A stretch of 64,000 nucleotides of DNA, taken from NCBI GenBank assembly GCA_964291655.2, contig OZ219802.1, positions 1,280,001 to 1,344,000 of the forward strand, given 5' to 3'. The position numbers and the translations under genes are program-made. Of this stretch, positions 1 to 9,979 are shown in pieces; position 1 is the first letter of the stretch, and each line of letters opens with the position of its first letter. The stretch comes from Chloroflexota bacterium. GTDB taxonomy: Bacteria; Chloroflexota; UBA11872; VXOZ01. The notes below the pieces were generated by a model, which was not told where the DNA came from, made no database searches, and saw only the letters and a list, made by a program, of their open reading frames with translations.

Positions 1-163
1 GGTCGTAGTGCCCGGCCAATTCCGCCCACGGCGTTGTGGCTACCCAGGAATAGTCGAGGACGGGCTGCTGCGCCTCCGGGGCAGGAACGCCCCGTATGTC
101 ACAACCCGCAAGCACGAGCGCCCACACCATGAAGTACAAGAGAACCGGCTTTTGTGCTCTCAT
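1..163 (-). CDS. Lipoprotein, N-terminal part (runs off window edge)
   Basis: Manual translation from ATG at 163: MRAQKPVLLYFMVWALVLAGCDIRG..., signal peptide with LAGC lipobox; purine-rich RBS upstream. Confidence 0.65.
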   Translation of the reverse strand, partial: MRAQKPVLLYFMVWALVLAGCDIRGVPAPEAQQPVLDYSWVATTPWAELAGHYD

Positions 164-297
164 GCCCTTTTCTCCCCATGCGCGCCACGCCTTACCCTAT
201 TTCACCACGTCAATGTGAGCATTGTCACCCCGCAGCCGTCGACTCATCGCGTCTCTGACAGCAGGCAGACGCGGCGCAGGGGCTCTTCCTCTGCCCT

Positions 298-326
298 CGG
301 CGCAGGTTACAAACCTGCGCTACCGG
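298..326. repeat. REP-like palindrome (GCGCAGGTT-ACA-AACCTGCGC-TACCGG family)
   Basis: Similar copies near 20905-20931, 54680 and 62625-62650. Confidence 0.6.
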
Positions 327-448
327 AGGGAGCGTTGTGCTCCGGTCAAAGTTCGTTTGCATGTTAGTGTGTTTCACGCGGCACGAGAGCAGCGCGAGCC
401 GGGCATATATAATGACGGCAAGGCCCTATACCTAGGAGGTTACCTGCA

Positions 449-1666
449 ATGTCCAAACCACAAGTCGCCATTCAGCGTTGTGCTATCGGCGCAGACCAAG
501 CGGAAGTAGACGCGGCAGTAGCGGAAGCGGTACATGCCATTGGCGGCATACCGCCGGCGGTCCGCACTGCCCGGAGTATCGTGGTCAAGCCAAACTACGT
601 TGGCGTCATGTTCCGAGCAAACAACGAGGACGTGCGCATGCACAAGGGGCGTCACGCACACAATACGGAACCTGCCGTCTGCGCCGCCGCCGTCAAGCTG
701 ATTCGCGAGGCAAACCCCAGCGCGACCATCTACTACGGAGACGGGTTGGACATCCAACACGCCCACCGTACGAAAGAAGATATTTTCGATTTCATGGGAG
801 CCACGTCGCTGGCAAAGGAATTCGACTTGACGCTCCTGGACTGTAACGAAGGTGAGTTCGTGCAGGTGCCCGTACCCGACGGCGTGATGCTGCGCTACCT
901 CTGGGTGCGCCGTGAAATCGCCGAGGCCGATACGTACGTGTCACTCGCCAAGCTCAAGTGCCATCAGACTGCGGGCTTCACTATTTCCACTAAGAACATG
1001 TTCGGCTTGCTGCCGCGCGCGCACTACGGCGCAGGCAATCGCGGCTTCATGCATCAGAATGCCCATCGTTTGATGCGGGTGTTTGTAACGGTCAATCAGG
1101 CCTTTCCGCAATCGTTCCAGGTGATTGACGGCATCGTAGGGACGAATCACGGCATGAGCGGCGAGCCCAAGGAAGCCGGTCTGGTGATGGCAGGCACGAA
1201 CTCCATCGCCACGGACGCTGTGGGCATGAAGGTAATGGGGTTCGACCCACAGGCCGACTTCGGCACGCCGCCGTTCTTCATCGCGGAAAACCATCTCCTC
1301 TTGGCTGAGAGGGCAGGCCTCGGCACAACAAATCTCGATGAGATTGAGGTCGTGGGCGAGTCGCCGGAGTCGTTCGGTCTGCAATTCGAGACGAGGCCGG
1401 AAGCCGACTTCTCACATGCCAAGGCCGCGGCTATTCTTGACGCCACCCGGGCCCAAGCGCGCGTCTACCTGGAGAAACGCGATGAGTTGCTGCGCACCCA
1501 CCGGGGCAAGTTTGTGTTCTTAGTGGATGGCGAAGTGGTGCAGAGCGTTGCTACCATCGCCGAGGCCGCCAAGCTCGACTACTTCAACAATGCGCACGGC
1601 TTTGGCTTTGCCACACAGGTGCTGCCGCCCACCGAAGCGGCTGAGATCGTTGAAGCGTATCTCTAA
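449..1666 (+). CDS. DUF362 domain protein with C-terminal extension
   Basis: IVVKPN, T-x-P, SLAKLKCH, STKNMFG, IDGIVG and ATDAVG motifs typical of DUF362; AGGAGG RBS. Confidence 0.8.
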   Translation: MSKPQVAIQRCAIGADQAEVDAAVAEAVHAIGGIPPAVRTARSIVVKPNYVGVMFRANNEDVRMHKGRHAHNTEPAVCAAAVKLIREANPSATIYYGDGLDIQHAHRTKEDIFDFMGATSLAKEFDLTLLDCNEGEFVQVPVPDGVMLRYLWVRREIAEADTYVSLAKLKCHQTAGFTISTKNMFGLLPRAHYGAGNRGFMHQNAHRLMRVFVTVNQAFPQSFQVIDGIVGTNHGMSGEPKEAGLVMAGTNSIATDAVGMKVMGFDPQADFGTPPFFIAENHLLLAERAGLGTTNLDEIEVVGESPESFGLQFETRPEADFSHAKAAAILDATRAQARVYLEKRDELLRTHRGKFVFLVDGEVVQSVATIAEAAKLDYFNNAHGFGFATQVLPPTEAAEIVEAYL

Positions 1667-1904
1667 TGGCAACAACGGGAACATAGAGCGCATACAAAGG
1701 TCAAGGCTCTGCCACCCGCTGCTGTTCTCGAGCGTCAAAGGGAACTGCCACCGATTCGCTTGAGTCGGCGCACGTTGTAAGAGTCCAGCGCTGCCTCCCC
1801 TCGCGCCACTATTGCGGAAGTAAACTGGGTGGCCCACGCAGCGGATAAGACACGGCTGCGCAGTGTATCGCCGCGTTCCGCTGTGTAATTGGCATCCGGC
1901 CGGC

Positions 1905-3062
1905 TTATTCGTACACCGTCTCACCGGTCTTGTTGGCGTTAATGAAGTCCCAATCGAGTTCGACACCCAGGCCGGGGCCGTCCGGTACCGCCACACAGCC
2001 TTCGGAATCCACGGAATAGAGTTCATCGCGCCACTTGGGATCGGCGTAGATGGGCGCTTTGGTGTGTTTCACGTTGGGGTGCACCAGACCAAGCTCGTAG
2101 TAGTTCGTGTTGCGAATGGCCGCCATGCAGTGGCGGTGCGCCAGGCCGCCGCCATGCAATTCCACGTCCAAGCCGTAGGCTTCCGCCAGCACCGCCAGTT
2201 TCATCACGCCCGTAATGCCGCCGTCACGTCCGCTGCCGGCGCGCAGGTAGTCAACGGCCCCGGCGTGGATGGCGTCCGCTTTAGTTTCCAGACCGCGGAT
2301 GTGCTCACCCATCAGCAATGGCGTCTTGATGAACTGCCGCAGCTTGGCGTGGACAAACTGCGAAACGCCGCCGCCCCGAAAGGCATCTTCGTACCAGAAG
2401 TACTGCGCTTCGTCGCAGGCGCGGCCGACTTTCAGCACGTCGTCGAAGGTGCCGAACGCCCCGGCGGGATCGAGCATGATGTCCATGTCGTCGCCCACGG
2501 CATCGCGAATGGCGAGCACCGCCGCCACTTCACGGGTGATGGGCGCGCCGATCCAGCCGTGTATTTTAAAGGCCGGATAGCCGTACTCTTCCTTACAATG
2601 CAAAGCGAACTCGCCATAGTCTTCCGGCGTGCTCAGGCCGCCGTTCTCGTCGCCGTGGTAGGTGCTGGCGTAGCAGGGCAGGCGCGTGCGCCAGCCGCCG
2701 AGGAGAGCCGCTATGGGAACCCCCGCCAGCTTGCCGGCGATGTCCCACAGGGCCACGTCATGGTCGCCTGGGGGTGTGGAGGTGCTGCCGCGAAAGAGAC
2801 GCTTGAGGTCCTGCCAGATGATCTCGCGTTCGAGCGGATTGCGACCCAGCAGATAGTTGGCGGTGCGGGAGTCAATGCCGCCGGGGATCTCGGCGCGCAC
2901 GCCTGCATCGGTTTCGATGATCAGGATGCTGCCGCCGCCGCCCAACCGAGCGCCCTCCTTGTAGACCATGTCAAAACCGTACATATCCTCCAGCGTGAGA
3001 TTCTCGATCTCGTGCGCATATTTCGTCACGACAATGCGCGTAATCTTCGGCGCTGCGCCCAT
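1905..3062 (-). CDS. Mandelate racemase/muconate lactonizing enzyme family (enolase superfamily)
   Basis: DVALWDIAGK, FKIH, MLD, WYED, GEH and ELH motifs. Confidence 0.9.
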   Translation of the reverse strand: MGAAPKITRIVVTKYAHEIENLTLEDMYGFDMVYKEGARLGGGGSILIIETDAGVRAEIPGGIDSRTANYLLGRNPLEREIIWQDLKRLFRGSTSTPPGDHDVALWDIAGKLAGVPIAALLGGWRTRLPCYASTYHGDENGGLSTPEDYGEFALHCKEEYGYPAFKIHGWIGAPITREVAAVLAIRDAVGDDMDIMLDPAGAFGTFDDVLKVGRACDEAQYFWYEDAFRGGGVSQFVHAKLRQFIKTPLLMGEHIRGLETKADAIHAGAVDYLRAGSGRDGGITGVMKLAVLAEAYGLDVELHGGGLAHRHCMAAIRNTNYYELGLVHPNVKHTKAPIYADPKWRDELYSVDSEGCVAVPDGPGLGVELDWDFINANKTGETVYE

Positions 3063-3331
3063 GCGTCTCTTCTCCTTGCTAAAGGCAGATGTTCAGAAGT
3101 TTGGTAGTAGGGTACCAGCTTTACCCTTTGATCTTAAGCAAATGCCGCGAGCACGTGGGATGGCGTACCCCTTCCTCGATCCGTCTGGCCGGAGGCTTGA
3201 GCCGTTCAATGGGCGCAAGGTAAAGCGGGTAGGCGGCATTTCCTGTGCTACAATGGGGTGTATCAAGCGGTAGATTCACACATTTTGACACAACTTTATA
3301 CGTAAAATCGTATGCGGAGGCGTTCGAAAAT

Positions 3332-5971
3332 ATGAGCCAACCGGAAGAGCCGGCATCTGCGACGAAGTCGGAGACTGCGACGAAGTCGACGGCCGCCGAG
3401 CAAGAGTCGACAAGTGTTGTAGAGAGCCCTGCGGAAGCGCCAGCGGAAGCCGCCTCGCCGGAGGCTGCGGTAGACGTGGCGGAAGCGGCTGTTGCCCCAG
3501 TGGAAGCAGAGAAGTCTTCAGAGGACTACCAGCCGCAGGAATTCGAGCAGGCGTGGCAGGCGCGCTGGCGCGATACGAAACTCTACAAGACTGAAGACAC
3601 CGAGGACAGCCGCAAGACGTACTACTGCCTCGATTTCTTCCCCTATCCTTCTGGTGACGGTCTCTCCGTCGGTCACTGCCATAACTATATTCCCACGGAT
3701 GTAATCTCCCGTCAGATGCGCATGCGCGGCTATAACGTGCTGCACCCCATGGGCTGGGATGCCTTCGGCTTGCCCGCTGAGAACCGGGCCCGTGACACGG
3801 GTATCGCGCCACGGCTGACCGTGGACCAGAACACTGCAAATTACAAACGCCAACTCGACCTTATCGGTTGCTCGTACGACTGGGATCGCGAGATCGACTC
3901 CAGCGCGCCGGAATACTACAGATTTACCCAGTGGCTCTTTCTGCTCATCCACCGCCGCGGCTTGGCGTATAAGGCCAAGGGCCAACAGTGGTGGTGCCCG
4001 TCATGCCAGACTATTCTGGCCAACGAGCAGGTGCACGACGGCCGCTGCTGGCGCTGCGAATCTTTGGTGGAGAAGAAGAGCCTGGAGCAATGGTATTTCA
4101 AAATCACGGACTACGCGGACCGCCTGCTCAACGATTTGGAGAAAATTGACTGGCCGGAATCTACCAAAGAAATGCAGCGTAACTGGATTGGCCGCAGCGA
4201 GGGCACGGAAGCCGTCTTTCTGACTGAATTCGGCGACGAACTGCGTGTCTTTACCACTCGTGCGGATACGCTGTTTGGCGCTACCTTCATGGTGCTGGCG
4301 CCGGAACACGAGCTGGTGGACAAGCTCACCAAGCCGGAGCAGAAAGAGGCCGTAGACCGCTACGTGGCTGCCGCCGCGCGCACGGCGGAGACCGAACGCC
4401 AGTCTGCCGAGCGCGAAAAGACCGGCGTTTTCACCGGCTCCTACGCCGTCAATCCCGTGAATAACGAACATATCCCCATCTGGATCGCCGACTACGTACT
4501 GGTGACGTACGGTACCGGCGCCATTATGGCCGTGCCCGCTCACGACCAGCGCGACTTTGAGTTCGCGCAAAAGTTTGGCTTGGACGTGCGCGTGGTCGTG
4601 CAGCCGCCGGATGACGTCGACTGGGATGTATCCGACGCCTACGAGGGCGAGGGCACCTTGGTCAACTCCGAGGCGTTCGCTGGTGACACGTCCGCTGCAG
4701 GCGGGAAGAAGATAACGGATTGGCTGAACGAGCGCGACCTGGGCGGACCCAAGGTGCAGTTCCGCATGCGCGATTGGCTGATTTCGCGCCAGCGCTACTG
4801 GGGCGCCCCCATTCCCATGATCAAATGCCCGAAGTGCGGGTGGGTGGAGATGCCCACGCCGAAGCTGCCGGTGCTGCTGCCCGAAATCGATGACTTCCAA
4901 CCGACCGGTGACGGCCGTTCGCCCCTGGCCAAGGTGGGCTCTTTCATGGCCACCACGTGTCCGGATTGCGGCGGCCCCGCCGAACGCGAGACGGATACGA
5001 TGGATACCTTCGCGTGCTCATCGTGGTACTTCCTGCGCTTTGCAGATCCGCAAAACGACGAGTTGCCGTTCGGCCTCGATAAGGCGCGCCATTGGCTGCC
5101 GGTAGACCTCTACGTCGGCGGCGCCGAACACGCCACAATGCACCTGATCTACGCGCGTTTCTGGACCAAGGTCATCAAGGACGCCATGCTCATCGACTTC
5201 AACGAGCCGTTTACCAAACTGCGGCATCAAGGCGTCGTCCTGGCCCCGGACGGGAGCAGAATGTCCAAGAGTCGCGGCAACGTCATCGGCCCGGATGAAA
5301 TGGTAGAAAAGTTTGGCGTTGATGCGTTGCGCGTGTACGAACTCTTCATGGGTCCATTCGACCAGAACACGAGCTGGAACAGCGAGGGCATTCCCGGCGC
5401 GCGCCGCTGGTTGGTGCGCGTATGGAACATGCTGCTGGGCCGGGTCGAACAGGGCAGCGAGCCGCTGCCGGTCGAGAAAGCCGAGCCGGAGTTGAGCCGT
5501 TGGATCAACCGCGTCATCAAGCGCGCCGGTGAGGACATCGACGCGATGAAGTTCAACACCATGGTTGCCTACTTCATGGAGTTCACGAACTGGCTCTATA
5601 AAGTCTACACGCCGGAACTGGCGGCAACGGAGACCTGGAAGCGGTCCATGGCGCAATTCCTCCTGGTGCTGGCGCCGGTCGCGCCTCACCTGGCGGAAGA
5701 GGTCTGGGAGCGCTGGGGACATGAGTATTCCGTGCACCAGCAGGACTGGCCGGAATTCGACGAGGAGTTAATCCAGGAAGAGACATTCACGCTCGTCGTG
5801 CAAGTAAACGGCAAGGTGCGCGATACCATCGAGGCCCCCGTCTCGCTGGATGAAGAGAGCGCCCGTGAACTGGCGCTGGCAAGCGAGCGCGTGCAGCAGT
5901 TCTTGGACGGCAAAGACGTACGACTGGTGAAGTACGTGCCCGGGCGGCTGGTAAACGTGGTGGTGGGCTAG
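3332..5971 (+). CDS. leuS: Leucine--tRNA ligase
   Basis: FPYPSGDGLSVGH (HIGH-like), GWDAFGLPAEN, FTTRADT editing domain, GTGAIMAVPAHDQRD, DWLISRQRYWG, RMSKS; ATG 3332 after GGAGG. Confidence 0.97.
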   Translation: MSQPEEPASATKSETATKSTAAEQESTSVVESPAEAPAEAASPEAAVDVAEAAVAPVEAEKSSEDYQPQEFEQAWQARWRDTKLYKTEDTEDSRKTYYCLDFFPYPSGDGLSVGHCHNYIPTDVISRQMRMRGYNVLHPMGWDAFGLPAENRARDTGIAPRLTVDQNTANYKRQLDLIGCSYDWDREIDSSAPEYYRFTQWLFLLIHRRGLAYKAKGQQWWCPSCQTILANEQVHDGRCWRCESLVEKKSLEQWYFKITDYADRLLNDLEKIDWPESTKEMQRNWIGRSEGTEAVFLTEFGDELRVFTTRADTLFGATFMVLAPEHELVDKLTKPEQKEAVDRYVAAAARTAETERQSAEREKTGVFTGSYAVNPVNNEHIPIWIADYVLVTYGTGAIMAVPAHDQRDFEFAQKFGLDVRVVVQPPDDVDWDVSDAYEGEGTLVNSEAFAGDTSAAGGKKITDWLNERDLGGPKVQFRMRDWLISRQRYWGAPIPMIKCPKCGWVEMPTPKLPVLLPEIDDFQPTGDGRSPLAKVGSFMATTCPDCGGPAERETDTMDTFACSSWYFLRFADPQNDELPFGLDKARHWLPVDLYVGGAEHATMHLIYARFWTKVIKDAMLIDFNEPFTKLRHQGVVLAPDGSRMSKSRGNVIGPDEMVEKFGVDALRVYELFMGPFDQNTSWNSEGIPGARRWLVRVWNMLLGRVEQGSEPLPVEKAEPELSRWINRVIKRAGEDIDAMKFNTMVAYFMEFTNWLYKVYTPELAATETWKRSMAQFLLVLAPVAPHLAEEVWERWGHEYSVHQQDWPEFDEELIQEETFTLVVQVNGKVRDTIEAPVSLDEESARELALASERVQQFLDGKDVRLVKYVPGRLVNVVVG

Positions 5972-6184
5972 AGGAGGGCTGGGCCGCTAAGCGCGTTGGT
6001 GCCTTGGGTGTTTGTTCCGGTAGCGCGTGCTCGCAGCCAATTTGTAGCCTTGCGTACTTTTCCTGGGTTGTGTGTCTTAGTATTCTGAATGTAGGTGCCA
6101 AGCGCCCTATTTTCATTGCTGGGTGCACGTACGGCCCTGGAGCTGACGAAAGTGGTTGTCGCCAAATGTCGTGCGTACGCCACA

Positions 6185-6562
6185 CCGTTCGCCCTGAGCT
6201 AGTCGAAGGGCAAGTGACTGCGCTTGGCGTAGTCTTGGGACGAGTGCTAACAATTGTGACGCAGAGGCCATTCCGTTCGCCCTGAGCTTGTCGAAGGGCA
6301 AGTGACTGCGCTTGGCGTACTCATGGGACGAGTGCTAACAATGGTGACGTAGAGGCCACACCGTTCGCCCTGAGCTTGTCGAAGGGCAAGTGACTGCGCT
6401 TGGCGTAGTCTTGGGACGAGTCTAACAGTGGTGACGCAGAGGCCATTCCGTTCGCCCTGAGCTTGTCAAAGGGCAAGTGCCAGCGCTTGGCCTAGTCATG
6501 GGACGAGTGCTAACGATGGTGACGCAGGGGCCGTTCCGTTCGCCCTGAGCTTGTCGAAGGGC
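6185..6562. repeat. Tandem array of ~88-bp units, each starting with REP-like CCGTTCGCCCTGAGCTTGTCGAAGGGC
   Basis: Unit starts at 6185, 6273, 6361, 6448 and 6536; intervening sequences near-identical. Confidence 0.9.
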
Positions 6563-6634
6563 CGCGGGGCATGAGAGTGGGGCCGGAGCATCTGCGAGAC
6601 GAGGGGTCACGCAAAGTTCAGGAGGAACAAAACG

Positions 6635-7207
6635 ATGAGAAGACGGAACGTGTTGTCCGGGCTGGCTTGCGGCGCCGCGGCCGTCGGACTGAGCGCGTGC
6701 GGCCAGACGTTAATCGGCCAGCGGAGCACCGGCGTCGCATCTGTTGACGTCAATGATCTTCCCGTGCTGGGCAAAGCCCCGGAGCTCATTGACACGACAT
6801 GGATCAACTCGGAACCGCTCACGCTTGCGGGTTTTCAGGGCAAGTCGGCCGTGGGCTTAGCCTTCTGGACCTATGGCTGAATCAACTGCCTGAACGATAT
6901 CCCCGGTCTGGTGGATATACATAATTCCTACGCCGACGATCGCTTCACTCTGATCAGCATTCACACGCCTGAGTTCAGCCACGAGAAAGTCGTGGACAAC
7001 GTGCGCAAGGCCGTAGACCGGCTCGGTCTGCCGTATCCCGTTGCCATCGATAACGACTTCAAGATCTGGCGGGCGTTCGGCAACCGCGCCTGGCCGACCC
7101 TCTACCTCATCGACCGACAAGGCGACGTGCGCATGTCCAAGGTCGGCGAAGGCCGCTTCGGCTTGGTGCGCGGAGCGATCGAATACCTCAAGGAAAACGA
7201 AGCCTAA
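6635..7207 (+). CDS. Probable selenoprotein: TlpA/AhpC-TSA-like redoxin, Tat-lipoprotein, UxxC motif
   Basis: ORFs 6635-6880 and 6911-7207 are in frame across TGA 6878-6880, giving FWTYG-U-INC; IHTPEF, VAIDND and AWPTLYLID motifs; MRRRNVL...LSAC signal. Confidence 0.85.
6897..6918 (+). promoter_or_regulatory. Bacterial SECIS-like hairpin
   Basis: ATATCC-CC-GGTCT-GG-T-GGATAT; GGUCU loop begins 24 nt after the UGA, similar to the E. coli fdhF SECIS loop. Confidence 0.7.
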
Positions 7208-7832
7208 GCCTCTCGTCATCTGATGAAGCGATGACGAAGCCAGCTCGCCACTCCTGACGACCGACAGGCTCGTTGCTCTGTGCCACTGTTGCTCAGGAGC
7301 ATCTTCACGCGTTGCCGATGGCTGCAACGACGATTATTCGTCGTACTAGTCGCGCCGCGGCTCAACGCTAGACAAGGGATAGTTGCCAATGAGGATGACA
7401 ATCCGACATGGCAACTTTTCGATGAGCAACTTCGGCTTCCCCTCCTGATTCCCCGAGCAGTGGTACGCGGCTGTTTTAGGCTGTACCGCTTCTGCAGTGT
7501 CAACACTGATCAGGTGGTGGCGAAACCATTGGTCCGCCGGTAGCGCACATTATATGAGTCTTGGCAAAGGTCGGCTCTCGCCAGCCATTCCAACTCTTGG
7601 GCACCTACCCATACCTCCCCGGTGAACGTACTCCTACTCCGCATGAAGTGCCGTGCTGCCTCGTCGCGCCATCAGTCAGAATGTGAAGGCTCTCGGCGAA
7701 AGGGGCGATAGGTAGCCGCTGTTCGCTCCGGCGCAGAGCGGCTTGTCAGTCTCTTGCCGGCGGGAACCGCGCGCCGGGCACTTAATTTGGCGAAAATTGC
7801 TCAAACTAAAGTACTTGACCTGCAAGATACAC

Positions 7833-7860
7833 TTGCAAAACCCGTAGAAAGTGGTAGAGT
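7833..7860 (+). promoter_or_regulatory. Putative sigma70 promoter for the RRM gene (long leader)
   Basis: TTGCAA-16-TAGAGT with extended -10 TGn in an AT-richer patch. Confidence 0.35.
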
Positions 7861-8230
7861 AGATGGAGTACGTGTGTAGGCCTGGTATGGCGTCGGTGCT
7901 ATAAAGAGCGCGAAGGGGTTGAGTCTGCGGTCTCGCCTCTGCGCCTCGCCGAAGTGCGAATTATCGTGGCAGGATTAGTGTCCGTTTACCTTTCCAGGCG
8001 CGTGTTGGAGGAAAGGAGTGTTGATACCGCAGAAAGGAATTCTGGCGCATCGCTGAGAGTGTAGAATTGCCGCCTGAAGAAGTATGGCGGACGTTCTCTC
8101 CAAGGTGAAGCGCACCGGCAACGCCGTGCAGGGTGGGGGTGCAATAACTGCACCTCGATGTTTTTTGTAATATGAGATTGAGTCTGCTGACCGGCGGCGT
8201 CAGGCGGCAGTCTGAGAAAAGGAACCGACT

Positions 8231-8515
8231 GTGAATATCTATGTAGGGAATCTTCCCTATACGACGACTGATGAAGAACTGCGGGAGCTGTTTGCCGAGT
8301 TTGGCGACGTAGCCTCGGCTTCCGTCATAATGGACCGTGACACCGGTCGCTCTCGAGGTTTTGGCTTTGTCGAGATGTCATCCCAGGCAGAAGCCGAAGC
8401 CGCGATTAGCGCCCTCAACCAGAAGGACATGGGCGGTCGTGCGCTAAACGTCAACCAGGCACGCCCACGCGGCGAGCGCCGACCCCGCGAATTCAACCGA
8501 CCGCGTTCCTGGTAA
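8231..8515 (+). CDS. RRM-domain RNA-binding protein (Rbp type)
   Basis: RNP2 IYVGNL, RNP1 RGFGFVEM, LNVNQARPR. Confidence 0.95.
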   Translation: MNIYVGNLPYTTTDEELRELFAEFGDVASASVIMDRDTGRSRGFGFVEMSSQAEAEAAISALNQKDMGGRALNVNQARPRGERRPREFNRPRSW

Positions 8516-8595
8516 TACGCGACACATCTGCGAGTTAGCGATCCCTTAGAAGCTCGTTAACTAGCATCTCAATGTACCCTGTCAAAGGGAATCGA

Positions 8596-8625
8596 AAGGC
8601 TGTAGGTCTTACGACCTGCAGCCTT
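8596..8625. terminator. Hairpin between convergent genes (possible bidirectional terminator)
   Basis: AAGGCTGTAGGTC-TTAC-GACCTGCAGCCTT. Confidence 0.55.
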
Positions 8626-8686
8626 GATGTATTAATTCCGATATCATCCGTTAGCGCTGAGGACTACGTCCGCTCCCTCGCAGGAA

Positions 8687-9979
8687 TCAGCCTTTCGGGT
8701 GCGCCGGCACCGCCCGGCTGCAGCGGCCTAGCTGTTCAATTGCGCTGTGCCGAATTATCGGCTCGGATTCCGCTGTTAGGGATGAGAGCGCCGGCTCCAT
8801 GCCGCCCTGGGCAAACGCGCCGGGCACCGGCACGTACCCAACCTCCCGGGAGGCACGGCTGAGTATGATCGTATGCGTGAATGGAGAAGCCTCCTGTATC
8901 GCGCCGACCGTCTCATGAAACATCTCGCCGGGCAGCGCAACCAGCGCAAGGGCATCGCCGAGCGTGACCACGCGTATTGGATAGACAATCGATGGATTCC
9001 GGTGGAATTGTTCAAAGAGGTACCGGCGGTAGCGAGCACGCGAGTTGCGTAATTCGGACCGCATTTCCTCCGGCTCTTCCGCCACCAGCCGCGCAGGCAC
9101 AGGCACTTCTCGGCTGTGGATTCTCAGCACCGGCGACTCTGTGGGCGTAATCTGCTCGAAGACGTAGAGTGCCTGGGCGCCGAGCGCGTGGCCGATGCGG
9201 CGGGCAGAATGGGCCCCATCCGCCTCAATCGGTATTTGTTCGCCGATACTGCCTTGCGTAAAGACGACGGGAATGCCCGCCACCTTGCGAAAGACCGCCG
9301 CCACGTGCTGGGGATAGTCTGCCGTAATGTGCCCATACCGGTCGTCAGAACAAAGCGCGTGGCAGCCGAAGTTCACGAGCGCCCCAAGCTGATTCCCAGT
9401 CACGGTATCAAAGCGCACAACCCGCACCGTATCGTCGATGCCTTGTTCGAGCCAGTCCGAGTCAGTTGGGATTGACGACTTCAACCCCACCATTTCCACG
9501 GAGCCGTCAGGCTTGATCCAACGGCGATTGCGGGTGAGTTCCGGCGCATGCCCGACCCCTGCGCTGACATGTACGGGAGTGAGGCTTTGCAATGCTTCAC
9601 GGATGCCAGCCGCAATGCGCTTAGCACACTCCGCTTCAAAGTCGTTGATGATGAGGTCCTGCGCAAAGACGATGATGTACGCGCCGTAATGCGAGATTGG
9701 CGACATGCCCACGTGCGACGGCGAGAACAACAGCGACCCGCTGCCTATTCCCGTACCCGCCAGGTGGGAGCACACGAGATCCTCGAAACCGCCGCCCAGC
9801 TCAAATACGTCAATCCCGCCCAGCACCGCCGTCCGGGTACCTTGCCGCAGCACGCAGAGGCGCGCCATGAGCGGATCGTGCACGGTAAAACTGCGCCGCC
9901 TCCGCCTACCGTTTTGCGTCGTCTCGACGGCGGGGGTTATGTCTACTTCGGCGAATGCGGCCAGCAGTGGCTCTGACAA
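8687..9979 (-). CDS. Neutral/alkaline ceramidase-like N-terminal domain hydrolase
   Basis: VDITP, VHDPLMAR, NRR, LVNFGCH, ITADYP and LPGEMF motifs. Confidence 0.7.
   Translation of the reverse strand: MSEPLLAAFAEVDITPAVETTQNGRRRRRSFTVHDPLMARLCVLRQGTRTAVLGGIDVFELGGGFEDLVCSHLAGTGIGSGSLLFSPSHVGMSPISHYGAYIIVFAQDLIINDFEAECAKRIAAGIREALQSLTPVHVSAGVGHAPELTRNRRWIKPDGSVEMVGLKSSIPTDSDWLEQGIDDTVRVVRFDTVTGNQLGALVNFGCHALCSDDRYGHITADYPQHVAAVFRKVAGIPVVFTQGSIGEQIPIEADGAHSARRIGHALGAQALYVFEQITPTESPVLRIHSREVPVPARLVAEEPEEMRSELRNSRARYRRYLFEQFHRNPSIVYPIRVVTLGDALALVALPGEMFHETVGAIQEASPFTHTIILSRASREVGYVPVPGAFAQGGMEPALSSLTAESEPIIRHSAIEQLGRCSRAVPAHPKG

Noticed and set aside
6185-6562. Possible CRISPR array (27-bp repeat with regular spacing)
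   Set aside because: The ~61-bp spacers are near-identical to each other, the repeat is a dispersed REP-like motif, and no cas genes are present.
7216-7543. Short overlapping ORFs downstream of the redoxin gene
   Set aside because: No RBS, motif or coding-like composition; left unannotated.
7900-8200. RNase P RNA or tmRNA
   Set aside because: GAGGAAAG is present but not GAGGAAAGTCC or the 3' conserved region, and there are no tRNA-like ends.
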